48,025 nt of DNA from the NCBI GenBank assembly GCA_023265365.1, contig JAHFTY010000005.1, positions 872-48,896 on the forward strand. Direction: 5' to 3'. The notes under the pieces are model-generated. The model saw nothing but the letters and a program-made list of their open reading frames with translations. It was not told the origin of the DNA and made no database searches. This DNA comes from Acidobacteriota bacterium. Lineage in GTDB: Bacteria > Acidobacteriota > Terriglobia > 20CM-2-55-15. Below are positions 26,700-36,425 of the stretch, piece by piece. The translations under genes and the position numbers were made by a program. Within the stretch, counting starts at the first letter, position 1. Every line of letters starts with the position of its first letter.

Positions 26700-28220
26700 T
26701 CAATTGAAACGGACGTTCAGGTCGTAGACCTCGTTCATGAGTTCCGACTTTTCCAGCGCGTACTCGATGTCGCGGGTGAGGTCGCCCTTGCCAGTCAAAT
26801 GAATGGCAAGCTTCTTGGACGATCGAAGCTTACACGAAATATCTTTTATTTTGGACTGGTGGTCGAAATCCAATGCGTCCGCCAACCGCAGGATCGCGCT
26901 CAACTTCAGGACCACGTCCTGCTGGAAAGGCGAAAGCCGGCTGAAGGGGATGTGCCGGTGTGTGGGATGCGCCTTGCGATGATAGCGGGCGATGTTCGCG
27001 ATCATGTCCAGCTCCGCCGTTTCAAACAGCTCGGCGCCGGAACTCTTGATCAGATAGTAGGTGTGTTTGTGGTGTTTCGGATATCCGACAAACAGACCGA
27101 TATCGTGCAGCATGGCTGCCGCGTGCAGAAGATCGGCGAACTTTCCCGGAAGTTTGTGCAGGTCGCGCAACTGTTCAAACAGGATCAGCCCGAGCCGGCT
27201 GACCTGCTCGCAATGAGTCTTGTTGAAGTTGTATTTCGCTCCGATCCCCTCCAGGGATTCGGTGCGGGTTGCCTCTTCGGTCCAGGTTCCCGAGTACTTG
27301 GGATAACTCTTCGAGAGCAGATCCACCATCAGCCCGTCGCGAAGGCCGCGGCGGGACACGAACAGATAGTCGAGGTCGAACCGGTTCATCATGGTGAGCA
27401 GCACCATGGCGCCGGCAACCAGGATGTCGGCGCGTTTCGTATCGCCGATGATGGTGTCCGCCTGCTTTGAGGGTTGGCTGATCAGGAGATTGTACAGGCT
27501 CTTCAAACGGGCTTTGCGCAGGACATATAGCGATTCGAGATGCGAGTCCCCGGTGAATCGCGCGTCGGCGTCCGCCAGCGTGGTGATGGTGCCGCCGCTT
27601 CCGAACGCCATGCTGAATTTCTCGCGAAGCACGCGCTTGGCAACGGGCCCGAGAAGTTTGCGCGCCTTTCGGCGGAGCGCAACAATCTCTTTCTCGGAAG
27701 GCGGGTCCTTGCTGAGATAGCGTTCGGTCAGGCGCACCGCGCCGAGCGGAATGCTGAAGAGGTTGAGCATCTTCGCGCGGTTTCCAATCGCCACTTCGAC
27801 GCTTCCGCCTCCGATGTCCATGAAGAGTCCCATCGGCAGGTCGAACTTCACGCCGCTCATGATGCCGATGCCGATCAGTCGCGCCTCTTCTTCTTCGGGA
27901 AGAACCTCGAGCGTGACGTCGATTTCAGCGGACTGCTGGATGAAGAATGCCGCATCGCTCGCCTCGCGCAACGCGCTGGTGGCCACTGCGCGGATGGCGG
28001 CGCAATTGTGACGGTCGGCGACCGCCTTGAATTTCCGCAGCGTATCGAGCGCTTCGGTGCGGCTGACCTTGTCCAGCTTCCCTGTCTCGAACACTTTGTG
28101 GCCCAGCCGGACGGGGCGCCGCTCCTGCTCGATGATGCGGTACGAGCCGGGCTGCTCGACAGTGGCGACTTGAAGCCGGATCGCGTTGCTTCCGGCATCG
28201 ATGACGGCGAAGGTTTTCAT
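26700..28220 (-). CDS. ppx: Exopolyphosphatase / Ppx-GppA family with C-terminal HD domain
   Basis: AVIDAGSNAIRL, DIGGGSVE, and later LHDIG with an HD-type tail. 506 aa. Confidence 0.9.
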   Translation of the reverse strand: MKTFAVIDAGSNAIRLQVATVEQPGSYRIIEQERRPVRLGHKVFETGKLDKVSRTEALDTLRKFKAVADRHNCAAIRAVATSALREASDAAFFIQQSAEIDVTLEVLPEEEEARLIGIGIMSGVKFDLPMGLFMDIGGGSVEVAIGNRAKMLNLFSIPLGAVRLTERYLSKDPPSEKEIVALRRKARKLLGPVAKRVLREKFSMAFGSGGTITTLADADARFTGDSHLESLYVLRKARLKSLYNLLISQPSKQADTIIGDTKRADILVAGAMVLLTMMNRFDLDYLFVSRRGLRDGLMVDLLSKSYPKYSGTWTEEATRTESLEGIGAKYNFNKTHCEQVSRLGLILFEQLRDLHKLPGKFADLLHAAAMLHDIGLFVGYPKHHKHTYYLIKSSGAELFETAELDMIANIARYHRKAHPTHRHIPFSRLSPFQQDVVLKLSAILRLADALDFDHQSKIKDISCKLRSSKKLAIHLTGKGDLTRDIEYALEKSELMNEVYDLNVRFN

Positions 28221-28621
28221 TAACCCATCGTGGAGACGCTCACCGGACGAATCTTGTAGATGACCCGGACTTCGCCTGGTTTGCGGCCCGGATACTTGTC
28301 CTGGCCGAGATACTTCTTCGCGAGCGAGTCGATGTGGTCGTCCGCGCCTTCCAGCGTGATTTCCTCGACCTTGCCCTTCACGGAAACATAACGGTAGGGA
28401 TTGTCGGGATCCTGAAGCGTGATCGCCACGTTGGGGTTCCTCCGGACATTTCTGTCCTTCACGCGGCTGAGCGCCGAGTTGACGCGAACATAACGGCCGT
28501 CAAAGTCGACCCATACCGGCGTCACTTGCGGGGTGCCATCCTTCATGATCGTGCCGAGCTGGCCGAAGGCTTTCTTTTCGAAAAGATCGCGGAAACTTTC
28601 TGGGATCTGGTCTGACATCAT
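28220..28621 (-). CDS. PPOX-class (pyridoxamine 5'-phosphate oxidase-like / F420-type) small protein
   Basis: GQLGTIMKDGTPQVTPVWVDFDG.YVRVNS...VAITLQDPDNPYRYVSVKG. GGAGGG Shine-Dalgarno sequence. The longer 262-aa ORF is rejected. Confidence 0.85.
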   Translation of the reverse strand: MMSDQIPESFRDLFEKKAFGQLGTIMKDGTPQVTPVWVDFDGRYVRVNSALSRVKDRNVRRNPNVAITLQDPDNPYRYVSVKGKVEEITLEGADDHIDSLAKKYLGQDKYPGRKPGEVRVIYKIRPVSVSTMG

Positions 28622-28656
28622 ACCCTCCACTACACAGTCTACGTGTTGAACGGCAG

Positions 28657-29691
28657 TCAGCCAACCGCCAAGCCGCCGAGAATGGCGAGAACCCACACGG
28701 ACACGGCCACCGTGCCCGCCACCTTCCAGCCGCCGATGCGGGCCACACTCCACAGCGACGGAAGATTGATCGCAGGCCCCGCGAACAGCAGCGCCACGGC
28801 GGCCCCAACCGGAAAACCTGCGGCGAGGAGACCGATCGACAGAGGGATTTCCAAAAACGTCGGTAACGCGAGCGGCACCGCAATCGTGGCGGCGACCAGA
28901 ATGGCCGTGATCCTGGCGCCGGGTGACGCGAATACACCCACGGGCAAAAACTGCACGATCAGCATCGAAACGAAGACTCCCAACACCACGCCGGGAATCG
29001 TTCTCCACGCCACTGCCCCAAGCGACTTCAGAAATTGCGTGGCCGCATTCTGATGGGATGAACCGTTATCGAACCCGTTGCTCCCGGATGCCACGATGCG
29101 CGCGTGGGGAACGAGACGCTCGGCCAGGGGTCCGATCCACACTACCGCGCCAACCGCCAACAACAGACGGGCTGCCGCCACCCGCGGTTCAAACAACAGA
29201 AAGGTCAGCGCCAACGCGGCCGGATTGAGGGATGGCGATGCCAGCATCAGCCCGAGCGCCGGGCCGATCCGGGCCGACGTTTCCGCCACGCTCGCGAAGA
29301 CCGGCGCCACGCAGCACGAACACAACATCAGCGGAGCCCCCGCAAGACCGGCCGTCAACTGGGTCTTCACCGATCGCGCGCCCAGCAACCGCGATATCCA
29401 CTCGATTGGAACAAAGGCGCGGACGCCGGCCGCGATCAACACACCGAACACCAGCGCCGGCCAGATCACCAGAAAGTAATTCGCCGATCTTTCCAACGCG
29501 CCGATGCTCGACACCTGCTGCCCGAACGCGACCACGCCCGGCTTGCCGGCAAGACTGCCGGAACTCCAGGTGGCGCCGAGCACTCGAATGGAGGCGTTCG
29601 CCTTGTAGATGAACAGAGCGGACACGATGACGAGAGGAATCAGTGTCAGCGAACGCCCGGTGGTCTTCTCGACTGTTACGGTTCTGTTCAT
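28657..29691 (-). CDS. Predicted permease (ArsP/DUF318-type, CC-motif membrane protein)
   Basis: About 8-10 TM segments. PLMLCSCCVAPVF motif is typical of the 'predicted permease' PF03773-like family. Confidence 0.75.
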   Translation of the reverse strand: MNRTVTVEKTTGRSLTLIPLVIVSALFIYKANASIRVLGATWSSGSLAGKPGVVAFGQQVSSIGALERSANYFLVIWPALVFGVLIAAGVRAFVPIEWISRLLGARSVKTQLTAGLAGAPLMLCSCCVAPVFASVAETSARIGPALGLMLASPSLNPAALALTFLLFEPRVAAARLLLAVGAVVWIGPLAERLVPHARIVASGSNGFDNGSSHQNAATQFLKSLGAVAWRTIPGVVLGVFVSMLIVQFLPVGVFASPGARITAILVAATIAVPLALPTFLEIPLSIGLLAAGFPVGAAVALLFAGPAINLPSLWSVARIGGWKVAGTVAVSVWVLAILGGLAVG

Positions 29692-30062
29692 TACTCCGCC
29701 CGGGTTCCGTCAGGCACCGGTTTTTCGGGAATCGCAAGCGCAGGCGAGACCCCATCCGCAAAACCGATATCGAACAACATTCCTTCCGAGACGAGCCCCG
29801 CCATCTTGCGCGGCGCGAGGTTTACCACGAAGAGCGTTTGGCGGCCTTCCAGTTCTTTGTAGCTGGGCCGTTCTTTCTTGATGCCGGACAGGATACATCG
29901 CTTGTGGTCGCCGAAGTTCACGGTCAGACGGACCAGTTTGTCGGAGTTTTCGACCTCGTCCGCGGCTTCGATGGTGCCGGCACGGATGTCGATTTTCGTG
30001 AGGTCATCGATGGTGATCGCCGGTTTGATCGGCGCCGGCTTCATCTCGGGTGGAAAGGTCAT
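29691..30062 (-). CDS. tRNA-binding (EMAP/CsaA-like OB-fold) domain protein
   Basis: IDIRAGTIEAADEVENSDKLVRLTVNFGD...LFVVNLAPRKMAGLVSEGMLF. I placed the start at MTFPPEM because the upstream ORF extension is repeat DNA. Confidence 0.85.
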   Translation of the reverse strand: MTFPPEMKPAPIKPAITIDDLTKIDIRAGTIEAADEVENSDKLVRLTVNFGDHKRCILSGIKKERPSYKELEGRQTLFVVNLAPRKMAGLVSEGMLFDIGFADGVSPALAIPEKPVPDGTRAE

Positions 30063-30070
30063 AGCGGACA

Positions 30071-30076
30071 ACTCTA
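30071..30076 (-). promoter_or_regulatory. Candidate -10 hexamer TAGAGT, 8 nt upstream of the tRNA-binding-domain gene
   Basis: Minus strand reads gagtTAGAGTtgtccgctATG, with no Shine-Dalgarno sequence. Confidence 0.3.
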
Positions 30077-30112
30077 ACTCAGGATTCTGAATCGCAGACA
30101 CCAAATCCCGGA

Positions 30113-30390
30113 CCCCTCCTCGACGAGGAGGGGTGGCGCGAAGCGCCGGGGTGGTGCTGTTCAAGAAATTGTTTTTGTTGAAACGAACCGCCCCGCCGCT
30201 GGCGCGGCACCTCGCCTTGGCCAAGGCGGGGAAAAGTCCTCGTCCTGCGACTCCATGGCTTCATGTAACAACCAGACCGCATCGCCCAACGTTTTTTCTC
30301 GCTAAGGGAATATTGGATCCAAACCCGACTCTTTGTGCAAAGCCGCAAAGGCGGGGAAAAGTCCTCGTCCTGCGAATTCGCGGTTTCAAT
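30113..30390. repeat. Mosaic repeat, forward copy H1-H2-L-E (30113-30310) plus a duplicated L tail (30345-30390)
   Basis: ccctcctcgacgaggaggggtggcgcgaagcgccggggtggtg...cgccttggccaaggcggggaaaagtcctcgtcctgcgactccatggcttcatgt...cagaccgcatcgcccaacgttttttctcgctaagggaa. The second ggcggggaaaagtcctcgtcctgcga starts at 30350. Confidence 0.85.
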
Positions 30391-30453
30391 TAAAAAAATC
30401 GGGAATTGGCGGCGACTTCCTCGCAAATGAGCGATGCCGGTTCACGGACCAAA

Positions 30454-31257
30454 TCAGGAGATCGTTGCCGTCGCGGCGGGCCTCACCGCCCGGGGCCACT
30501 CTTCCTCCAGAGCCCTGAGCCCGGCTCGCACCCGGGCCCGCAACGTGCCGGTCGCCGGCCGCAAACGTTTCGAATCCGGACGATGCATCATCGCGGTTCG
30601 AACCAGTTCCAGATCGCGGATGGCCCCAAGCTGGGTCTGTCGCCTTTGCAGGTCCGATGTCTTCAGCCGGGATCGAATGCCCAGGAGGGCCTCGAAGTTC
30701 TCGCGCATATATCTCAGTTTCTTGATGGCAATGCGAAGGGCATGAACCGTTTCCATGTCGCCCGCGTCCATCTCCCGATAAGCCGCACGGAGCCGGCCGG
30801 ACCTGGCGCGCAGCAGCTTCCGGACCCGCTTTTGAACGGCAGCCTTGCGCTGTTTCTCAACGATCGATTCGATCCCGGCGCCCGCCCATTCCTTCGAAAG
30901 CTTCTTGAGCGCGCTCCGGTCCAGGACGTGTCGGGCACGTTCAACCTCATCCTGTTCGCGGCGCCGCAAATCCCGGCGAAACTTCCGGAGAGCGGCCGGG
31001 TGTTCGAGAGTTTCGGTGAGCGAGATTTGAACCTGAACGTCCCGCAGCCGGCCGAGTTCGCGTATCAGTTTTCTGAAACGCCGGCGCAATCGCGGGATGG
31101 ACGGATCCCTGGAGATCTTCTCCAGAATTTCGAGGGCGGCGACGAGACGCCGGCTGTTGACGCGGACGGCGTGAACCGCGTCGGGCTTGCCATGGCTTGC
31201 CTTTTGCCAGTTCGAAGAGATTTCAGACCAATAGCCATCCAGAGCTTTCGAGTTCAT
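30454..31257 (-). CDS. CHAD domain protein
   Basis: VHAVRVNSRRLVAALE and VHALRIAIKKLRYMRE are the two conserved CHAD helices. Starts 9 nt after ppk. Confidence 0.85.
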   Translation of the reverse strand: MNSKALDGYWSEISSNWQKASHGKPDAVHAVRVNSRRLVAALEILEKISRDPSIPRLRRRFRKLIRELGRLRDVQVQISLTETLEHPAALRKFRRDLRRREQDEVERARHVLDRSALKKLSKEWAGAGIESIVEKQRKAAVQKRVRKLLRARSGRLRAAYREMDAGDMETVHALRIAIKKLRYMRENFEALLGIRSRLKTSDLQRRQTQLGAIRDLELVRTAMMHRPDSKRLRPATGTLRARVRAGLRALEEEWPRAVRPAATATIS

Positions 31258-31266
31258 GGGACATCA

Positions 31267-33357
31267 TCAGACGTGCGTGGCTTGATACTTCGCCATGAGA
31301 TCTTCCTGAAAATTGTGGGGAGAGGCGCCGGTCGGCGGCGCGTGCCGGTAAGTGCCGTCGGGTTGGAGCCATCGGATCTTCGTGTTATCGGCCAGCGCGT
31401 TTTCGAGAATCTCGGAACGGATGCGCTTTCGATGCTGTGGGTCTTCGACGGGGAAAACGACTTCCACCCGGCGATTCAGATTTCGATGCATGAGATCGGC
31501 GCTTCCGAGATAAATCTCCTCTGCGCCTCCATTAAAGAAAAGGTAAATCCTCGAGTGCTCCAGGAAACGCCCCACGATGCTTGCCACCCGGATGTTCTCG
31601 CTCATGCCGGGAACACCGGGCCGAAGGCAACAGACACCGCGGACAAGCAGCGTAATGGGCACGCCTGCGGCCGAGGCAGCGTACAACTCTTCGATGATCG
31701 CCGTGTCGGTCAGGCTGTTGAATTTCGCGATAATCCCGGCCTCACGTCCGGCCGCCAGGTGCTCGATCTCCCGCCGGATCAACGAGGTGAAGTGTTCGCG
31801 AAGGCCGACGGGCGCGACGGCCAGCTTGCGGTACCGGGTCTGGCCGGAATAGCCGGTCAGGAAGTTGAACAGTTCGGATCCGTCGGCGCCGAAATCCGCA
31901 TTGGACGTGAAGAGACATAGATCCGTGTAAATGCGCGCCGTGATCGGATTGTAATTCCCCGTGCCCAGATGCACGTAGCGCCGGAGGGCGTTGCCTTCCT
32001 GGCGGATCACCAGGGTCAGCTTGGCATGCGTCTTCAACCCGACGATGCCATAGATGACGTGCGCTCCCGCTTCTTCAAGACGCCGCGCCCAGATGATGTT
32101 GTTTTCCTCGTCGAATCGCGCTTTCAGCTCGACGAGAACCGCCACCTGCTTGCCCCGCTCAGCCGCTTCGATCAACGCTTTGACAATCGGGGAGTCCGGG
32201 CCGACGCGGTAAAGCGTCGCCTTGATCGCGAGGACTTTGGGATCGCTTGCCGCCGCGCGGAAAAACTCGACAACCGGCATGAACGATTCGTACGGATGAT
32301 GCAGGAGAACGTCCTGATGCCGGATGACGTCGAAAATCGTTTCGCCTTCGCGGGAGATATTCGGCGCCAGTGGCTCGAAAGGCCTTTCCTTTGCCGCCGA
32401 CAGATCCAGCTTGCAAAGCGCCATCAGATCGGGAATGTTCAGCGGGCCTTCGATCGAATAAACATCCTGATTCTCGAGCTGCAGCGACCGCCGGAGAAGA
32501 TCCACCATCGGCGCGCTCATCGCAGCCGACACTTCGAGCCGCACGCCGAATCCGAACCGGCGCTGCCGAATCGTCTGTTCGACCGACTTCAGCAGATCTT
32601 CGGCTTCGTCTTCTTCGATCTCGATATCGGCGTCGCGAGTGATCCGGAACGGCTGGGCTTCCAGAATGGCGCACTTCGGGAAGAGCGCGCCGATGTGGGC
32701 CGCAACCAACTGTTCGAGCAGAACGAAGTCGTGGGTGCCGGCGATCGGAATGAGCCGGGGCACATTCGGCGGAATCTTCACGCGCGCAAACCGCGGTGCG
32801 TCATCGATGCTGCCGTCGACCGGTCCGAGGAGGATTCCAAGGTTGAGACTGATATTGGAAATGTAGGGAAAGGGGTGGCCCGGATCGACAGCCAGAGGCG
32901 TGAGGACGGGAAACACCCGGTCAAAAAACAGTCGCTCCAGATCGAGGCGCTGCGAGTGGTTCAGGTCGTTCAATTCCAGAAGACGCACCCCGATCTGACG
33001 CAGGCCGGGCAAAATCTGGTCGGTCAGGCAATCCGTTTGAAGCTTCAGCAAGGGCCGGAGCGTCTCGGATACCAGTCTTAATTGAGCGGCGGGCGTGAGG
33101 CCGTCCGGAGAGAGCAACGACGGATTCGATTCCAGTTGCTCCTGCAGACCGGCAACTCGAACCATGAAAAATTCGTCAAGGTTCGACGAGAAGATCGAAA
33201 GAAACTTCAGTCTTTCGAGCATCGGCAAACGGTTATCGAGACCCTCGAGCAGGACCCGGGAGTTGAACTGGATCCAACTCAGCTCCCGATTGAAAAAAAT
33301 AGACTGCACGGGCCCGGGTGCCGGCAAGGTCTGGCGAATGGTGTTCCGCTCCTCCAT
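31267..33357 (-). CDS. ppk: Polyphosphate kinase 1
   Basis: [35 protein letters not shown] and two PLD-like HxK-type C domains. 696 aa. Confidence 0.95.
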   Translation of the reverse strand: MEERNTIRQTLPAPGPVQSIFFNRELSWIQFNSRVLLEGLDNRLPMLERLKFLSIFSSNLDEFFMVRVAGLQEQLESNPSLLSPDGLTPAAQLRLVSETLRPLLKLQTDCLTDQILPGLRQIGVRLLELNDLNHSQRLDLERLFFDRVFPVLTPLAVDPGHPFPYISNISLNLGILLGPVDGSIDDAPRFARVKIPPNVPRLIPIAGTHDFVLLEQLVAAHIGALFPKCAILEAQPFRITRDADIEIEEDEAEDLLKSVEQTIRQRRFGFGVRLEVSAAMSAPMVDLLRRSLQLENQDVYSIEGPLNIPDLMALCKLDLSAAKERPFEPLAPNISREGETIFDVIRHQDVLLHHPYESFMPVVEFFRAAASDPKVLAIKATLYRVGPDSPIVKALIEAAERGKQVAVLVELKARFDEENNIIWARRLEEAGAHVIYGIVGLKTHAKLTLVIRQEGNALRRYVHLGTGNYNPITARIYTDLCLFTSNADFGADGSELFNFLTGYSGQTRYRKLAVAPVGLREHFTSLIRREIEHLAAGREAGIIAKFNSLTDTAIIEELYAASAAGVPITLLVRGVCCLRPGVPGMSENIRVASIVGRFLEHSRIYLFFNGGAEEIYLGSADLMHRNLNRRVEVVFPVEDPQHRKRIRSEILENALADNTKIRWLQPDGTYRHAPPTGASPHNFQEDLMAKYQATHV

Positions 33358-33452
33358 TCCCCGATTCTAAGTCAAGGTCGGCAAGGAGGGTGAACGGAGT
33401 CTCTCCGGTGCCGCTTTCACCGGCACCGCCGGCGTGCTTATAATCTCGCGCA
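33358..33452. promoter_or_regulatory. Divergent ppk / ydcF-like promoter region
   Basis: TATAAT (33439-33444) lies 8 nt before the plus-strand ATG. TAGAAT (minus strand, 33364-33369) lies 6 nt before the ppk ATG. Inverted GTGAAC (33390-33395) and TTTCAC (33415-20) hexamers lie between them. Confidence 0.4.
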
Positions 33453-34697
33453 ATGAAACCGCGAATTCTGCTTCTGCTTCTTCTTTCCACAAACATTTCC
33501 ATGGCCCAGCAGCCGGCCCGGGCTCCGATTCCGCTGCGATCGCCGGTTCAGGACAAGAATTTCTACCTTCTCTCCCTGCTCGAGCGGGTGGAAGGACTCC
33601 GAACCGTGATGAAAAACGAACCGGGACTGGAGACGATCCGGGTTGCGAAGGTCGAAGGCCTGAAAACCGCCGCGAGATGCAAACCCGAACTGACGTGCTA
33701 TACCCGCACCATGCTGTGGACGGACGGGGAGATCGGCGCCGTCGAGACATCGCTGCGTGCTCTGCAGCAGAGTTCCGGCGTATTTCGCAACGCCGTCACC
33801 GCGCCGATGCGCGCGAGCGGCCTGTATCAACTGCACAGCAAGCTCAACGACGGCGACCTGCTCGCGTGGGCCTGGAAGGACGCGGCTCAGGGAATCAATC
33901 GGGCCATTGCGATTTACGGGGAAGGCGCCGCCCCCCACTATCCGGACATCGATTCGATCTCGTATGACGTGAAATCCGCGGGCTTCCGGCAGCTCGTTCA
34001 CGTCATCCTCACGGGCGTGAACGAGGAAATCGATGCCTACCCCCTGTTTTTCCACGCCCCGCTCCAGTTCGCGCTTCGCCTTCTGGAAGCCAACAAACGC
34101 GATGAGGCAGGACGCTTCGAGCCGATGGAGCTTGGAGTGAACCGCAGCGCGATCGAGCGGATCAAGACAACGCGGTGGAGCGACTATCCGTACTCCGTGA
34201 TTCTGGTGCCGGGCTCAGGAACGGACCGGCTTTCCTGGAACATTTCTCAATATGGGAGGGAGCGGATGCGGCTTGCCGTCCGGCGATATCGCGAGAAGAA
34301 GGCGCCGTTCCTGATCGTGTCCGGCGGATTTGTCCATCCGAGCCAGACTCCTTACGCGGAAGCGATCGAGATGAAGAAAATCCTGGTCGCCGAGTTCGGC
34401 CTTCCCGAAAACGCCATCCTGGTGGAGCCGCATGCGCGCCATACCACGACGAACATTCGCAACGCCGTCAGGCTCATCTGGCGCTACGGCATTCCCTTCG
34501 ACAAGCCGGGACTGATTACGACGGACCTCTATCACAGCGAAACCATCGGCAGCGCCGAGTTCAAGCAGCGGCTTGATCGCGAACTGGGCTACCAGCCTCA
34601 CGAAACGGGACGCCGGATTTCGCCGTTCGATCTGGAATTCGTGCCCCGGCTGGACTCTCTGCAACTGGACTCCAGCGAGCTGCTGGACCCGCTTTGA
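33453..34697 (+). CDS. Exported protein with C-terminal YdcF/ElyC (DUF218) domain and an unassigned ~240-aa N-terminal domain
   Basis: Signal peptide MKPRILLLLLLSTNISMA. The C-terminal part has ILVPGSG...FLIVSGGFVHP...YAEA and EPHARHTTTN, typical of DUF218. Confidence 0.8.
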   Translation: MKPRILLLLLLSTNISMAQQPARAPIPLRSPVQDKNFYLLSLLERVEGLRTVMKNEPGLETIRVAKVEGLKTAARCKPELTCYTRTMLWTDGEIGAVETSLRALQQSSGVFRNAVTAPMRASGLYQLHSKLNDGDLLAWAWKDAAQGINRAIAIYGEGAAPHYPDIDSISYDVKSAGFRQLVHVILTGVNEEIDAYPLFFHAPLQFALRLLEANKRDEAGRFEPMELGVNRSAIERIKTTRWSDYPYSVILVPGSGTDRLSWNISQYGRERMRLAVRRYREKKAPFLIVSGGFVHPSQTPYAEAIEMKKILVAEFGLPENAILVEPHARHTTTNIRNAVRLIWRYGIPFDKPGLITTDLYHSETIGSAEFKQRLDRELGYQPHETGRRISPFDLEFVPRLDSLQLDSSELLDPL

Positions 34698-34816
34698 GCG
34701 GACGAACCCGGCAAACCCCCGAAGAAACTTCTGGAGCTGTCCGCGGATCGCATCGCCGGTGAGCTTGCCCGACTCATGAGTGTCTTCCTCCAGTGGCGTT
34801 CATCGACCGCCGCCGA

Positions 34817-36334
34817 TCAAAGACGTTGTGCGCCCGGTTTGCCGCTTTCGACGACGAAGGTGGCGCGGGTGGACACCGGCGAGTCTTCGACCGACACCTT
34901 CTCGACAACGCGGTAGTCGGCCTTCATCGCCTCCGGCGTCACTTCACACCGGACGTAGCCGCGCTGGGCGTTGAAGAAGCGCACGTGGGGCGCCTCGCGC
35001 AGATACGCTTCGACATTCGGCGAGGAGTCCGCCCCGTTCCCGCCGCTGGTAATCGAGGTTCCAACGAACTCCGTCGCCACAACGGGAGATCGCTGCTCCT
35101 TGTAATCGTGCTTCAGGTCGCACACCCAGTTCGTGTGGATGTCGCCGGTAATGACGACCGGATTCGCCACGCGGCTGTCCGCCATGCTCGACATCAGCCG
35201 TTGCCGGGCCATTTCGTAGCCGGCCCAGTTATCCATCGCATACTCTTCCCCTGGGCCGGGCTTGCTGTCGACCGGCGTCATGCGCACCTGATTCGCAAGA
35301 ATGTTCCAATGACTCCTCGATTTTCTGAAGGCCGTATCGAGCCACTTCTCCTGTGACGCGCCCAGCATGGTCCGGCGTTCTTCAAGGAATTCCGGGCACG
35401 GCGGCTTGACTCCGTCGCCACAGGCCTGGTCACTGCGATACTGCCGTCCATCCAGCACGAGAAAGTTCGCGAGCGGTCCGTACGAACGCTGCCGGTACAG
35501 TCGCGCATCGGGTCCGTGGGGAATGCACACCTTCGGCATCGGCAGCCACTCGTAGTACGCCTGATACGCGGCCGCGCGGCGCTTGAGGAATTCGGCAGGA
35601 GGGTCGTCGTGCTCGGAAATGCTGTTGGCGTAGTTGTTATCCACTTCGTGATCGTCCCAGGTCAGGATCCACGGAAACAAGCGGTGCACTTCGCGCAGAT
35701 TCGGATCGGATCGATAGAGCGCGTACCGGTTTCGGTAACCCTCGAGAGTGACCGGTTCCTCCACCGGAACCGTCCGTACCACAGTGCCTCCGCCTTCATA
35801 AATGTAGTCGCCCAGAAACACGACCAGGTCGAGGTCTTCGGCGGCCATGTGTTTGTACGCCGTATAAAATCCGTCGGTGAACTTCTGGCATGAGGCGAAC
35901 GCAAACCGCAGGCGGTCCGACGGTCCGGACGGCGCCGTGCGCGTGCGTCCGGTCACGCTTTGGGCCGAGCCGCACCGGAACCGGTACCAATACCAGCGAT
36001 TGGGCTGAAGTCCCCCAACCTCGACATGCACCGAATGTCTGAGCGAGGGAAGCGCCACGGCGCGGCCGCTGCGGACGACATGTTCCATCCGTTCGTCGGT
36101 GGCGATCCGCCAATCGACCGCAATCGACTCGCGCTGCCATTCCTGCTCGCGGTTCACGTCGGGCATCAGCTTCGTCCACAGGACAACGCCGGTCGCAGAC
36201 GGATCGCCGGAGGCCACACCGGCGGCAAAGGGGTCGGATGAAAACTGCGGTCGTGGAGTGAACGCGCCAAGACTCCGCAAGGGATAACCCAGCGCCAGGA
36301 AGCCGGCGGTTTGAAGCAGCGATCGTCGATCCAT
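34817..36334 (-). CDS. phoD: Alkaline phosphatase D family (PhoD), Tat-exported
   Basis: GGAGG Shine-Dalgarno sequence. MDRRSLLQTAGF twin-arginine signal. FAAGVASGDPSATGVVLWT, DDHEVDNNY and GDIHTNW. Confidence 0.9.
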   Translation of the reverse strand: MDRRSLLQTAGFLALGYPLRSLGAFTPRPQFSSDPFAAGVASGDPSATGVVLWTKLMPDVNREQEWQRESIAVDWRIATDERMEHVVRSGRAVALPSLRHSVHVEVGGLQPNRWYWYRFRCGSAQSVTGRTRTAPSGPSDRLRFAFASCQKFTDGFYTAYKHMAAEDLDLVVFLGDYIYEGGGTVVRTVPVEEPVTLEGYRNRYALYRSDPNLREVHRLFPWILTWDDHEVDNNYANSISEHDDPPAEFLKRRAAAYQAYYEWLPMPKVCIPHGPDARLYRQRSYGPLANFLVLDGRQYRSDQACGDGVKPPCPEFLEERRTMLGASQEKWLDTAFRKSRSHWNILANQVRMTPVDSKPGPGEEYAMDNWAGYEMARQRLMSSMADSRVANPVVITGDIHTNWVCDLKHDYKEQRSPVVATEFVGTSITSGGNGADSSPNVEAYLREAPHVRFFNAQRGYVRCEVTPEAMKADYRVVEKVSVEDSPVSTRATFVVESGKPGAQRL

Positions 36335-36425
36335 TTCGCCTCCGCGTGATTCGCCATCATACATGCGACCGGCCAATCATCTCCGCAACCGGATTGCGTT
36401 TTCCCGACCTATACTGATCGGCCAG

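Noticed and set aside
36335-36425. Searched the shared phoD/phoD promoter region for Pho-box-like direct repeats
   Set aside because: Only weak, irregular TCAT-containing words are present, for example TCATAC and TCATCT 20 nt apart. Nothing is comparable to the 11-nt-spaced heptamers upstream of pstS.
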